In this document: positions 9,422-20,033 of the stretch, one piece after another
Layout of the letters: the number at the start of each line of letters is the position of its first letter
Numbering within the stretch: position 1 is the stretch's first letter
Source of the DNA: an uncultured beta proteobacterium
Lineage (GTDB): Bacteria > Pseudomonadota > Gammaproteobacteria > Burkholderiales > SG8-39
NCBI GenBank assembly: GCA_963820965.1
Contig: CAWGCC010000011.1
Location: forward strand, 655 to 64,654
Reading direction: 5' to 3'
Length of the DNA: 64,000 bases
Made by a program: the position numbers and the translations under genes
The notes under the pieces: generated by a model
What the model was told of the DNA's origin: nothing
Seen by the model: the letters and a program-made list of their open reading frames with translations, nothing else
Database searches by the model: none

Positions 9422-10565
9422 ACCCGGTAGCGTTCAACCAGCCGTACCTGACCGGGCGCGAGCTGGAGTACATCCGGCAGGCGCACGCGAACCACCATCT
9501 GTCGGGCGACGGCGCCGTTCACCCGGCGCTGCCAGCGCGTGGCTGGAGGAGCGCGACCGGCTGCCGCAAGGCGCTGCTCACGCACTCGTGCACCGCGGCG
9601 CTCGAGATGGCCGCGATCCTCGCCGGCATCGGGCCGGGCGACGAGGTCATCATGCCGTCGTTCACCTTCGTCTCGACCGCCAACGCCTTCGTGCTGCGCG
9701 GCGGCGGTGCCGGTGTTCGTCGACATCCGGCCCGACACGCTGAACATCGACGAGGCGCTGATCGAGGCCGCGATCACGCCGCGCACGCGCGCGATCGTGC
9801 CGGTGCACTACGCCGGCGTCGCCTGCGAGATGGACGCGATCATCGGAGATCGCCGCGCGCCACGGCCTGCTCGTGATCGAGGACGCCGCGCAGGCGCTCG
9901 GCGCCGCGCTACCACGGCCGGCCGCTCGGCAGCCTCGGCGCAGCTGGCCGCGCTGAGCTTCCACGAGACCAAGAACGTCATCTCCGGCGAGGGCGGCGCG
10001 CTGCTGGTCAACGACCCGGCGCTCGTCGAGCGCGCCGAGATCATCCGCGAGAAGGGCACCAACCGCAGCGCAGTTCTTCCGCGGCGAGGTCGACAAGTAC
10101 ACCTGGGTCGACGTCGGCTCCTCGTTCCTGCCGAGCGAGATCATCGCCGCCTTCCTGTGGGCGCAGCTCGAGGAGGCCGACGACGATCACGCAGCGCCGC
10201 CGCGCGCATCTGGGAGCGCTACCACGCGGCGCTTCGCCGACCTCGAGCGCGAGCAGCTCGCGCGCCGGCCGGTCGTGCCGGCGACTGCGCGCACAACGCG
10301 CACATGCTACTACCTGCTGCTGCCGGATGCCTCGCACGCGCGCCGCGCTTCATCGAGACCCTGCGCGCCGACGGCGTGCAGCTCGGTGTTCCACTACGTC
10401 CCGCTGCACAGCTCGCCCGCCGGCCGCAGGTTCGGGCGCGCCAGCGGCTCGATGAGCGTCACCGATTCGGTCGCCGAGCGCCTCGCGCGGCTGCCGCTGT
10501 GGATCGGCCTCGAGCCCCAGCAGGACCATGCGATCGAGCGCGTGCGCCGTGCCCTCGGGCGCTAG
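9418..10565 (+). CDS. rffA: dTDP-4-amino-4,6-dideoxyhexose transaminase (RffA/WecE type, DegT/DnrJ family); several apparent frameshifts
   Basis: LSGDG, LLTHSCTAALEMAA, PSFTFVSTANAFVLRG, VHYAGVACEMD, SFHETKNVISGEGG (PLP Lys), REKGTNR, VFHYVPLHSSP. Confidence 0.88.
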
Positions 10566-10572
10566 GCGCGCG

Positions 10573-10955
10573 ATGCCGGCCTGGGCCGGGCTGGCCGCGG
10601 CCTGCGCGGCGGCCGGGGGGCCGCTCGGCGTGCTGCTGTGGATGAGCGGGACGGTGGCCCTGCCGGTCGCGCTGGCCGCGATGGCGGTGGTGGCGGCCGT
10701 CGTGCTGGGCTCGGGCCGGCTGGCCCTGCGCGCCGCCGGCGCCTCCGACATGCCGTTGCCGGCCGCCTGGTTCAATACCTCGGTGGACTGGCGCTGATGC
10801 TTCTCTTCGTGGAGTACTTCGCCATCGACGAGCGCATCGCGCCATGGATCATTGTAGCGGTTCAGGTGCCGATGACCTTCCTCCTCTCGAAGCGAATCGT
10901 GACTCCGAAGGGAGCGGCCGAAGTTTCCACGTGCCAGAAGAGAGATCCGAGTTGA
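10573..10955 (+). pseudogene. Chimeric remnant: N-terminus of a membrane protein joined near 10770 to the C-terminus of a GtrA-like flippase
   Basis: Hydrophobic MPAWAGLAA..PLPAAW, then in another frame LVQYLGGLALMLLFVEYFAIDERIAPWIIVAVQVPMTFLLSKRIV; GC content drops visibly at the junction. Confidence 0.55.
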
Positions 10956-10962
10956 AGACTCG

Positions 10963-11649
10963 ATGTGGTGGTTTCGTGGCCTGCGAATGAACCTCGATGC
11001 GCTCATCGGCCGTTTCGTCGGGAAACCGACCGGGCGATTCCTCGACGCCGGCTGTGGGACGGGCGGCACTCTTCGACATCTGAACACGTCGCTCGGCTCG
11101 GTCAGCCTGTATGGAATCGACATTTTCCCGCAGGCCGAGGCCTTCGCCAGGGAGCGGACCACCGCCCACATCGCGGTGAGCTCGGTGAATGCCCTGCCCT
11201 TCCCCGACAGTTGCTTCCGCTGCATCGTTTCGATCGACGTGATTTGTCAGCGGGGCGTCACCCTTTCGCGGGCGATCTCCGAGTTCTATCGCTGTATCGA
11301 GCCGGGGGGCCATCTCATCTTGCAGGCACCCGCATACATGTGGCTTTGGGGCTACCACGATGTGCAGTGCCACACCGCCCAGCGGTTTACGTCTTCCCGG
11401 CTGAAAAGCCTGCTCTCCGAGCACGGATTCGTTCCCTGCTTCGCCAGTTACTGGAACATGGTGCTGCTCCCGCTGCTTGCTATCCGGCGCACGCTCCTGC
11501 CCAAGCAAAAGACCGAAAGCGATGTTAGAGAGTATCCCGCGCTCCTGGACCGACTGTTCGGTGGGCTCGTGTCCTTCGAGGCGATGCTGATACGAAACGG
11601 TGTGCACCTGCCATTCGGCAGCTCGGTGATACTCGTGGCGAGAAAGTGA
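10963..11649 (+). CDS. Class I SAM-dependent methyltransferase (start uncertain)
   Basis: WWFRGLR, FLDAGCGTG, LPFPDSCF, WLWGYHD..HTAQRF, LPFGSSV; same family as 3596-4465. Confidence 0.88.
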   Translation: MWWFRGLRMNLDALIGRFVGKPTGRFLDAGCGTGGTLRHLNTSLGSVSLYGIDIFPQAEAFARERTTAHIAVSSVNALPFPDSCFRCIVSIDVICQRGVTLSRAISEFYRCIEPGGHLILQAPAYMWLWGYHDVQCHTAQRFTSSRLKSLLSEHGFVPCFASYWNMVLLPLLAIRRTLLPKQKTESDVREYPALLDRLFGGLVSFEAMLIRNGVHLPFGSSVILVARK

Positions 11650-13469
11650 GCTCAGCGACAGCTCCCGGTTCTCCGGACTCTACGACTGTGAGCAGCTTCA
11701 GGCCCTCAATGCGCCAGGAAGGGCTGGCGGCCGCCGCATTGGTCGCGACCGTCGCCCTAGGGCTGTGGTTCTTCGTCCTTCCCAGGGGATTCTCGCTTCA
11801 CCTTCCCATCGCGTATGGCGAGGGCGATTCCCTGGTCCACGCCCATTACGTGAAGCGCATCCTGACCACCGGCTGGTTTCCGTGGTCGACCGAGTTCCTG
11901 GGCGCCCCGTTCGGGGCGTCCGAGCTTGACATGCCGGACGCCCTATCGCTGCATTACCTGATGATCAAGGCCCTCGGCCTCTTTTCCTCCGACTGGGTCG
12001 TGGTCACCAATGTCTTCATCGTCTCGGGATTCTTCTTCGCGGCAATAGCAGGCTACTGGCTACTCCGCACTTTTCAGCTCGAGCCGGCTTGGGCTGCGCT
12101 GGGTGGCCTCGTCTTCGCATTTCTTCCCTATCACTTCATTCGCCTGGTCCCGCTGAACCATCTTTATCTGGCCGCCTACTGGACCGTTCCTTTCGCCGTG
12201 TGGCTGGCCCTGAAGGCATGGCCGGACCCGGCGCACGAAGCCGCAACCTTTCGCTCGATGCGCTCGATGCGGATCGGCCTCGCCGCTGCATTGGTCGCGG
12301 TCGGGACGGATGGAATCTACTACGCGTTCTTTGCGTGCTTCTTGATTGCCAGCGCAGGGCTTGCGTCAATGCTCTCGCGACGTGCGCCGAGCGCTTTGCT
12401 GCCGGCGGGCGGGATGATCCTGGCCATTTGCCTGATCGTCGCGGTCCAGCTGTGGCCCAGCATTCAGCATTGGCGGACCAGCGGCACCAATCCGGAGGCC
12501 GCCGCGCGCCATCCCGCCGAAAGCGAGATCTACGGACTGAAATTGACGCAGATGCTGTTGCCGCACCGGCATCATCCTTTCGAAAAGGCGCGGGCCTTGT
12601 CGGTTCGCTACAACACGCCATCCAACGAAAACGAATCGTCGGCACTGGGCGTCGTCGCAGGCTTCGGCCTGATTGTCCTGCTTGCAATCGCCTTTGTGCG
12701 CTTGGCCGGAGGAGGCGGACCGGTGCGTATTCCCGAAAAGCTCGCATTGCTTGCCATAGCCGCGTTGATGCTGGGAACCGTGGGAGGCGGGGGGGCGATG
12801 TTCGCGTGGATCGTCACGCCGATGATCCGGGCCTACAACCGGATCAGCGTCTTCATCGCGCTTCTTTCGGTCGCGGCGGCCGTGATCGCCATCGACGCAC
12901 TCCTTCGCCGCATCGGATCTCACTGGAAAGAGCGCAGGTTGGTCGCACTCCTAAGTGCCGTGGTTGTGGGTCTCTTCGCCCTGTGGGACCAGACAGTCGC
13001 ATTCGACCAGGCTCGCATAGCGCCCGCGTTCCTTCAGGACCGTGAAGTGATCCAGCGGGCGGAGGCGCAGCTTCCGCCGGACACAATGGTCTACCAGCTC
13101 CCCTATCACCGCTATCCGGAAGCAGGGCCTGTGGGCGCGATGGCCGACTACGACTTGCTACGTGGATTCCTTCACTCAACGCGGCTGCGCTGGAGCCATG
13201 GGGGGATGAAAGGACGCCCGGGCGATTTGTGGTTCCGAGAACTTGCCGCCTTGCCGATCGAAAGGCAAATCGTGGTGGCTGCCGAAAACGGATTCGGCGC
13301 GGTGTACATCGACCGCCGTGGTTTCAGCGACAGGGGTGCCGCGGTCGAGTCGGTCCTTCGCGAGCGCCTGGGCTCCCCGGTTGCCGTCGATCGGAACGGC
13401 TACATCGCGATCTACAGGATGGAGCCCACGGGGACAAAGCCCGGCCGGCGAAATGCACGCGGAGGCTAA
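11646..13469 (+). CDS. Polytopic membrane protein, probable GT-C-like (YfhO-like) lipid-linked sugar transferase
   Basis: Many TM segments; GEGDSL, LGAPFG, FAFLPYHF.R, YYAFFA, SEIYGLK, IRAYNRISVFI, VYQLPY..YPE, LRWSHGGMKGR. Confidence 0.65.
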   Translation: MSSATAPGSPDSTTVSSFRPSMRQEGLAAAALVATVALGLWFFVLPRGFSLHLPIAYGEGDSLVHAHYVKRILTTGWFPWSTEFLGAPFGASELDMPDALSLHYLMIKALGLFSSDWVVVTNVFIVSGFFFAAIAGYWLLRTFQLEPAWAALGGLVFAFLPYHFIRLVPLNHLYLAAYWTVPFAVWLALKAWPDPAHEAATFRSMRSMRIGLAAALVAVGTDGIYYAFFACFLIASAGLASMLSRRAPSALLPAGGMILAICLIVAVQLWPSIQHWRTSGTNPEAAARHPAESEIYGLKLTQMLLPHRHHPFEKARALSVRYNTPSNENESSALGVVAGFGLIVLLAIAFVRLAGGGGPVRIPEKLALLAIAALMLGTVGGGGAMFAWIVTPMIRAYNRISVFIALLSVAAAVIAIDALLRRIGSHWKERRLVALLSAVVVGLFALWDQTVAFDQARIAPAFLQDREVIQRAEAQLPPDTMVYQLPYHRYPEAGPVGAMADYDLLRGFLHSTRLRWSHGGMKGRPGDLWFRELAALPIERQIVVAAENGFGAVYIDRRGFSDRGAAVESVLRERLGSPVAVDRNGYIAIYRMEPTGTKPGRRNARGG

Positions 13470-13548
13470 AAGCGATCGGCCGCCTGCAACGCAGGCTCGG
13501 TCGCCGACGTTGACGATTAGCTGGCCGCGAGCGTTTTGAGTTCGACTC

Positions 13549-14870
13549 CTAGCAGCGTGATGCAAAACGCACGGAATCATTCCTCGGAAGTCGAGTCGAA
13601 AGCGCAGCGTCGCGAGTAACGGAGAACAACGCATGCGCGGTCGAGTCGATCCCCAAGAGTCGATGTTCAGCTACTTCTCGCCGGAGTCGCGGGTGCCTGA
13701 GGGGCATCCGCTGCGCCAGATCAAGCAACACGCCGATGCGGTGCTGGGTTCGATGAACGGCGAGTTCGATCGGCTCTACGCCGAGACCGGCCGGCCGTCG
13801 ATCCCGCCGGAGCGGTTGTTGAAGGCGAGCCTGCTCATTGCGCTGTACTCGGTGCGCTCGGACCGGCTGTTCTGCGAGATGCTGGACTACAACATCTTGT
13901 TTCGCTGGTTCCTGGACATGAGCCTGGAGCAGTCGGGGCTGGACCAGTCGAACTTCTCGCGGCTTGCGCGAGCGGCTGGTCGAGCAGGACACCGCGCGGG
14001 TGTTCTTCGATGCGGTGGTGGGCCAGGCGCGCAAGGCCGGGCTGCTCTCCGATGAGCACTTCACCGTCGACGGCACCCTGATCGAAGCCTGGGCGAGCCT
14101 GAAGAGCTTCAAACCCAAGGACGGCCCGCCCTCGGCCGGCGACGGCCCGGGCGGGATGGTCGACTTCCGCGGCCAGCGGCGCAGCAACGACACCCACCAG
14201 TCCACCACCGACGATGAGGCAAGGCTCGCGCGCAAGGGCAAGGGCAAGGAGGCGAAGCTCTGCTACGGCGGGCACGCGCTCATGGAGAATCGCAACGGTC
14301 TGTGCGTGGACTTGGCGGTGCGCTCGATGCAGCAGACCGAAACCGAGGCGACCAAAGAGATTCTGGCGCGCCAGGGGCGAAAGCGCGTGCGACCGGCCAC
14401 CCTCGGGGCCGACAAGGGCTATCACACCAAGGACTTCGTGGCCCATCTGCGTCAAGCGCCACATCGCCCCGCACATCGCCCAGATCGAAGGCCGCAACAC
14501 CCCGGGCCTGGATGCGCGCACCACGCGCCACGCCGGCTACGCGATCAGTCAACGAAAGCGCAAGCGCGTGGAGGAGATCTTCGGCTGGATGAAGACCTAT
14601 GGGGGCTTGCGCCGCACGCTCGTGCGCGGGCTCGCGCGGGTGCAGATGCACGCCTACATCGTCGGGGCGGCCTACAACCTGCTGCGCATGAGTCGGCTCG
14701 ATCCCGCGACAGGGTAGATCCGTTCGGAGAACGCGAAAATGGGCCTTTTGCATCACGAACCCGCCGCAAGAACGACAAATCGAGACCGCAACAGCGATCG
14801 GGCGTTCCATCGAAGCAGTTCAACGAAATCGAGGGACGTCATTTCCGTAGCTTTTGCATCAGGCTGCTAG
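13549..14870 (+). mobile_element. IS5-family insertion sequence with terminal inverted repeats and CTAG at both ends
   Basis: CTAGCAGCGTGATGCAAAA (13549-13567) vs TTTTGCATCAGGCTGCTAG (14852-14870), 18/19 inverted match. Confidence 0.9.
13633..14717 (+). CDS. IS5-family DDE transposase (frameshifts near 13965 and 14455)
   Basis: GRPSIPPERLLKA, YNILFRWF, HFTVDGTLIEAWAS, LGADKGY, RKRVEEIFGWMK, AAYNLLRM. Confidence 0.92.
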
Positions 14871-15832
14871 AGTAGCCCGTCGCGACGAGATCGCAGATCT
14901 CCTGTTCGATGTCATCCGGAACCGGACTCCCAGTCGAAGGATCAGAGGTATCGGGAATATAGGCGGGCGCGGCGCCACTGCACGTGGGCGCGATAACCCA
15001 CCACCGCTCCCCAACGATTCCTAGATCGGTGCATTGACGATCGGATCGTACAAGATACCGAGTGGCGTCGCCGCCACACCGTTCTCGTACAATTCAACAG
15101 GATCCCAATGAGAACCGAGCTCAAACGGACTGCCATTAGGGGACGAGAGAAACGGACCAATGGACTCTGCGGCCTTCATGTAACCGGCGTTGCTGATGCG
15201 CTTAATTAAATTGCACCATCACCCTCAAAAGGTGTTGGAGGATAGATTGGCGGAGAGGCCGCGTAGACGGTGGTCGACCATACACCGGTCGCGAGAACAC
15301 TGCTAACACCCCCTGGGTCGAGCACCTCTCCGCAGAATTGGTCGCACAAAGAGGCCGCGCCCACGACCTGTCCGACGTCATTGATGTCGTTAGCCGCAAA
15401 CGCAAGGAGAAACGGCCCGTCGATGGGCCAGGGGCCAGCCTCAGGGGTAAGGTTCGTTACGGTCCCGCGAGACCACAGTGCGGCGCTATGGAAGCTCCGC
15501 GGAGCACGTCGACTGTAAACTCTGACTCTGCGGTCTCACGCGATCGTATCGCCGGGCGCCATGACTCAGGTGCACAGTCCATGGCCTGTCGGTTCGTCCG
15601 TTCTCAATTACCCGGCCACGCCTACCTGTGCGAGTGGTGAGATGAGGATGGTGGAAAGCACGGGCCTCGGCAGTAATCTAAAGCAGGCCGCGTTTTTCCG
15701 TCCTCGCTTCCTTTAGAATAGCTTTCAAGGTTTGCGTCTTCGCCTAGGCTGGCGGACCGTGTTCTCGGGCTGAGAACTGGCGTGTGACGTCGCCGTCCGG
15801 CGTCGCTCAATCGCTTCGCGCGCGCACATTTT

Positions 15833-17221
15833 ATGGTAAAGAGAGGGCGAGCAGTGGTGCGCACGTCTCGCCTTGCCGTCCGACAACCAGCAATGCACGC
15901 AATCTACACCCTTCTCTATCGAGCATACGCGGCCGCGCCGCCTTGGGTCCATGCGCTCTGGCGTCGCGCGACCGGCAAGTGGCGAGGGCCGATTCGCGAC
16001 TTGGTGGTCGCACGCGCCTTCGAGGTCCCGGAACAGCTCGCAGCGCCGCCGTCCACCAGGCCGGACGCCCACAGGTCTCGACCTACCGAGGCGCGGAATG
16101 GGTTCGGTGTCACGGTGGTGGGCTACGTCCAGGGAGAGTTCGGGATTGCCGAAAACCTGCGGTTGCTGGTTCGATCTCTGGATGCGGCTCGGATTCCGCT
16201 CGAGATCTGTGACGTCAAGTGGCCAGATCCGCGTAGCCACGGTCACAAGCGAAAGGACCCGAGGATCACGACGAGGCCCAGCTTCCCGGTACAGATCTAT
16301 TGCTTTAACGCCGATCAGGTCCCCCTTCTACCCGTTTACCACGGCTCCAAGTTCCTCGAGGGAAAGTATCGGATCGGTTACTGGTACTGGGAGCTTCCCA
16401 ACTTTCCATCCGCCTGGGAGTCGGCGTTCTCATTGGTGGACGAGGTCTGGGTGTCTTCAAGCTTCACTCGTGACGCCATCGCGCGCGTTTCGCCCCGTCC
16501 GGTCACTCGCGTCGCGCTGCCAGTCGACATACGTCTGCCTCGAGTCTATGCGCGCGGCGACTTCGGGCTGCCCGACGGCGTTTTCCTGTTCCTTTTCACT
16601 TTCGATCTGAACTCGTTTGTTGCGCGCAAGAACCCGCATGCGTGCATCCATGCGTTCCGCAAAGCCTTCTCATCGCACCCGCAGCTACCGGTGGGGTTGG
16701 TGATCAAGCTGATGCACGGCGAATCGTACCCCGACGTGCTGCGTGAGTTGCTGGCGCACACAAAACTGGATTCGCGCATTCACGTGCTCGATGCGATCTA
16801 CTCCAGGGATGACGCGTACGGCCTCACGAGCGTATGCGACTGCTTCGTCTCGTTGCACCGTTCTGAAGGGTTCGGTCTCGGGTTGGCCGAAGCCATGAGG
16901 CTCGGCAAGCCAGTCATCGCCACCGGCTATTCCGGGAACATGGACTTCACGCGCGAACAGAATGCCTGCCTGGTTGGATATCACCTGGTCCCGGTGCGAG
17001 AGGGGGAGTACCCGCATCGGACGGGACAGGTCTGGGCAGAGCCAGACGTCGAGGAAGCCGCCGAGCACATGTGGCGAACATATTCCGATCCGACCTTCCG
17101 AGCCCGGATCGCGGCGGCGGGTCAGCAGGTCGTCGAGAGGGAGTTTAGCCGGCAGGTAGCGGCGCAGCAGGTCGGAAACCGACTCGAGGAGATCCGCCAG
17201 ACCTTCTTTCCGGAGCTGTAG
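15833..17221 (+). CDS. GT4 family glycosyltransferase (start uncertain)
   Basis: YRIGYWYWEL, VDEVWVSS, RKNP, SLHRSEGFGLGLAEAM..GKPVIATGYSGNMDF. Confidence 0.9.
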   Translation: MVKRGRAVVRTSRLAVRQPAMHAIYTLLYRAYAAAPPWVHALWRRATGKWRGPIRDLVVARAFEVPEQLAAPPSTRPDAHRSRPTEARNGFGVTVVGYVQGEFGIAENLRLLVRSLDAARIPLEICDVKWPDPRSHGHKRKDPRITTRPSFPVQIYCFNADQVPLLPVYHGSKFLEGKYRIGYWYWELPNFPSAWESAFSLVDEVWVSSSFTRDAIARVSPRPVTRVALPVDIRLPRVYARGDFGLPDGVFLFLFTFDLNSFVARKNPHACIHAFRKAFSSHPQLPVGLVIKLMHGESYPDVLRELLAHTKLDSRIHVLDAIYSRDDAYGLTSVCDCFVSLHRSEGFGLGLAEAMRLGKPVIATGYSGNMDFTREQNACLVGYHLVPVREGEYPHRTGQVWAEPDVEEAAEHMWRTYSDPTFRARIAAAGQQVVEREFSRQVAAQQVGNRLEEIRQTFFPEL

Positions 17222-17292
17222 TCGCCAACATCGGCGCGTATTCGCGTAGCTCTTCACGTCGTTAGCTCCGGCACGCCGAAGACCGACGTCGC

Positions 17293-20033
17293 TCAGTTCG
17301 AGCCACCAACGCTTCGTGACACCGAGGCGAGCGTGGACACCGATGCGGGATCGGCGATGAGCACGTCTCCCCACCGCCTCCGCAACGCATCGCACTCCCG
17401 CGTGTAGCGGGAGAGCCGTTCCGGAGCCATGTCGTGGCCGCGGGTCGCCGTCTCGTGATGATAGAGCTCGGCGAACGGGGTCCAGACATTCCGGTATCCG
17501 CGCGCTTGCACGCGCAGGCAGAAGTCGACGTCGTTATAGGCGATGACGAAGTCCGTCTCGTCGAGCCCGCCCGCTTCCTCGTAGATCGATTTTCGGATCA
17601 CGAGGCACGCGGCCGTAACCGCCGACAGCGTTTGAACGTGCCGCAGCAGCCCGCGCGGCCCCGGATAACCGCGTGGCTTGCCGAAAAAGCGGTGTCCCGG
17701 CAATCCCCCGGCCAGTCCGAGCTCGACGCCCGCGTGCTGAATCGTGTCGTTGGGATAGTAGAGCATCGCCCCGACTGCGCCGGTACCCGGGCGTATCGCG
17801 AGCGAGACCATCTCGTCGAGCCATCCCGGTGAAATGACCTCCGTGTCGTTATTCAGCAAGCAGAGAAGCTCGCCGCGCGCTTGCCGCACTGCGAAGTTGT
17901 TGATCGCCGAATAGTTGAAGGGCGCGTCGTACCGCAGCACCCGCGCATGCCCTGTCTCCGAGAGGTGTGCGAAATAGTCCAGGGTCGCCGGATCATCGGA
18001 CTGGTTGTCGACCAGCACGATCTCGTACGGACGATATGTGGTCCTGGATCGGATGCTTTCGACGCATTGCCTGACGAGCTGCAATCCGTTGCGCGTCGGC
18101 ACGATGATGGACACGAGCGGCCGAGGGTCGGGAAGCGCATACCGGATCCGGCATTCGCCGTCGTGCATCGGCTCGACAGAAGCACTGACACCAGTCGCGG
18201 CGAGGTGGCTTTGCAACATGCGGGCGACGGCTTCGCCGGAAACAGCTCCGGCAGCGAGCGCGCTGCCATCCTTGACGTGGCACAGGATTTCCCTCAAGTG
18301 CACGACGCCTCTCGGTCGTGCTGCCGAGGTCGCTTGGAGCTTCATTCCCCACGCAAGGCACGCAGGGCCGGCATGATCGAGCTTCGTCCAGTCGCGAATG
18401 CTGGAGGCCCGTATCGCGGTGAGCGGACCGAGATAGTCCTGGCCGAGGATGAGCTCGGGATCCCACTCGGGCTTGAACCAGGGATCGTATCGGGCTCCGC
18501 GGACGTCGATGCGGTCCTCGTCGGCGTACAGGACGTCGCATCCGGGCCGCGAGTCCAGGGCTTCTGCCATCTCGAGCAGCGCGTGCGGACGGAGGATCGC
18601 GCCTGGCCGGAGATGGATGACGAACTCTGAGCCGGTTCCGCCGATCGACCTCGCGCATCTTCTCGCCGGGAGGACCATTCGCCGGCACCGCTACGACTTG
18701 CACCTGCGCAACAGGTAGGTCGATCACCGGAGGCGCGCCCGCCCCGTCATCACAAAGCACGAGCAGGGACCACTCCGGATATGCCTGCGTGCGGATGGAG
18801 TCGAGCGTCGCCTCCAGTCCCACCTGGCGCTCGCCGCGGCAGTCGAGCACCAGCAGGAACCTGGGCTGCGCCGAGAGCCGGGCGAGAGCGCGGCCGACTT
18901 CCGCCGGGTTTGTCGGCACCGCGCGCTCCAGGTTCGCGACCCATCTCGCGTACTCCAGAGGCTGCCCCTGCTCGGTCCACAGCCTGCGGAGCCCCGGGAT
19001 CCCGCCTTCACGCACGGCGGCGAGCAGCTCCGCGGCGGCGCGTCGCCACCCGGATCTCTCGGCCGACCGCCGCAACGCTGCGACGACCGCCGGCAGCCAC
19101 GTCAACCTTCGCCAGACGCGATAGGCGGGCCGCCACACTACCCGCACGCGCCGGCGCACGAAGCCGACCGCGCGCTCCCTCGGCAATCGTTCAAGGCTCC
19201 GCTGACGCGCGATCAGCCCTGCAGTCGTCAATGCGATACCGTCGGCGACCTGGCGCAAGTCTTCCGCCATCGGCGACTCGGGGCTCGCCTCGAGGGCCGC
19301 GCGCGCGCGCGACAATGCCGCGGGATCACGGCTGGCGAACAGGAAGTGGCGGTAACAGGGCTCGCGAACATCGGAGCGATACACGTCCCGCGCGTACATC
19401 CGGTAGATCGCCTTGACCTTCGGCGCGACGTCCGGATACACGCTCTCTGCGAGATGCGCCTGGGTGAGTGCGAGCCACAGGCCGATCTCGCCGTGCGCGA
19501 AGGTCTCGACCTGCAGTCCAAGCAACTCCAACTGCGCGCGCGTCTGCCCGAGGTCCGGAAGCCCATTGTCGAGGTGCTCGCGCAGCCACGGGTGTTCCAG
19601 ACCCGACAGCGCGCGATAGAAGCCGTTAGCGCTCTGCTCGACAGCATGAACACCGGGGGTATCGAACGGCGCGCCGAGGATCAGGCCACGACGGCCAACT
19701 CGCGTGACCTCGTGCAGGAACGTCTGGCGCTGCGCCGCCGGGATGTGCTCGAAGACGTCGACGGAGACGACGAGGTCGAAGCGACCGATCCTCGAAGGGC
19801 ATCGCGGTGGCATCGCCCTTGACGAAGGCCGGGTCGCGCGCCACCTCGTCCGGAAGGTCGCGGTCGAGGTAGATGATGCGATGCCCCGGCGCGAAGCGTT
19901 CGAGGTTCCGCTGGACGTTCGCGCCGACCTCGAGAATGTCGAGCGGCTCGCCGTCCGAGAACGCTTCGATCATTCGCGCCGCGGTGCGGTAGCGCTGATA
20001 CTGGTCGAACTGCGTGGCGAAAAGCTCACTCAC
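17293..20033 (-). CDS. Methyltransferase-GT2-GT2 fusion protein (frameshifts near 19800 and 18680)
   Basis: N-term DQYQRY..ILEVGAN..FDLVVSVDVFEHIP..HPWLREH; middle SIRTQAYPEW, VLYADEDRI, FKPEWDPE; C-term VSIIVPTRN, FNYSAINN, LLNNDTEVI, SAVTAACL, YNDVDFCLR. Confidence 0.8.

Noticed and set aside
9418-10565. rffA as a true pseudogene
   Set aside because: Many single-base indels but motifs remain well conserved, which fits local low-quality consensus; cannot be settled without reads
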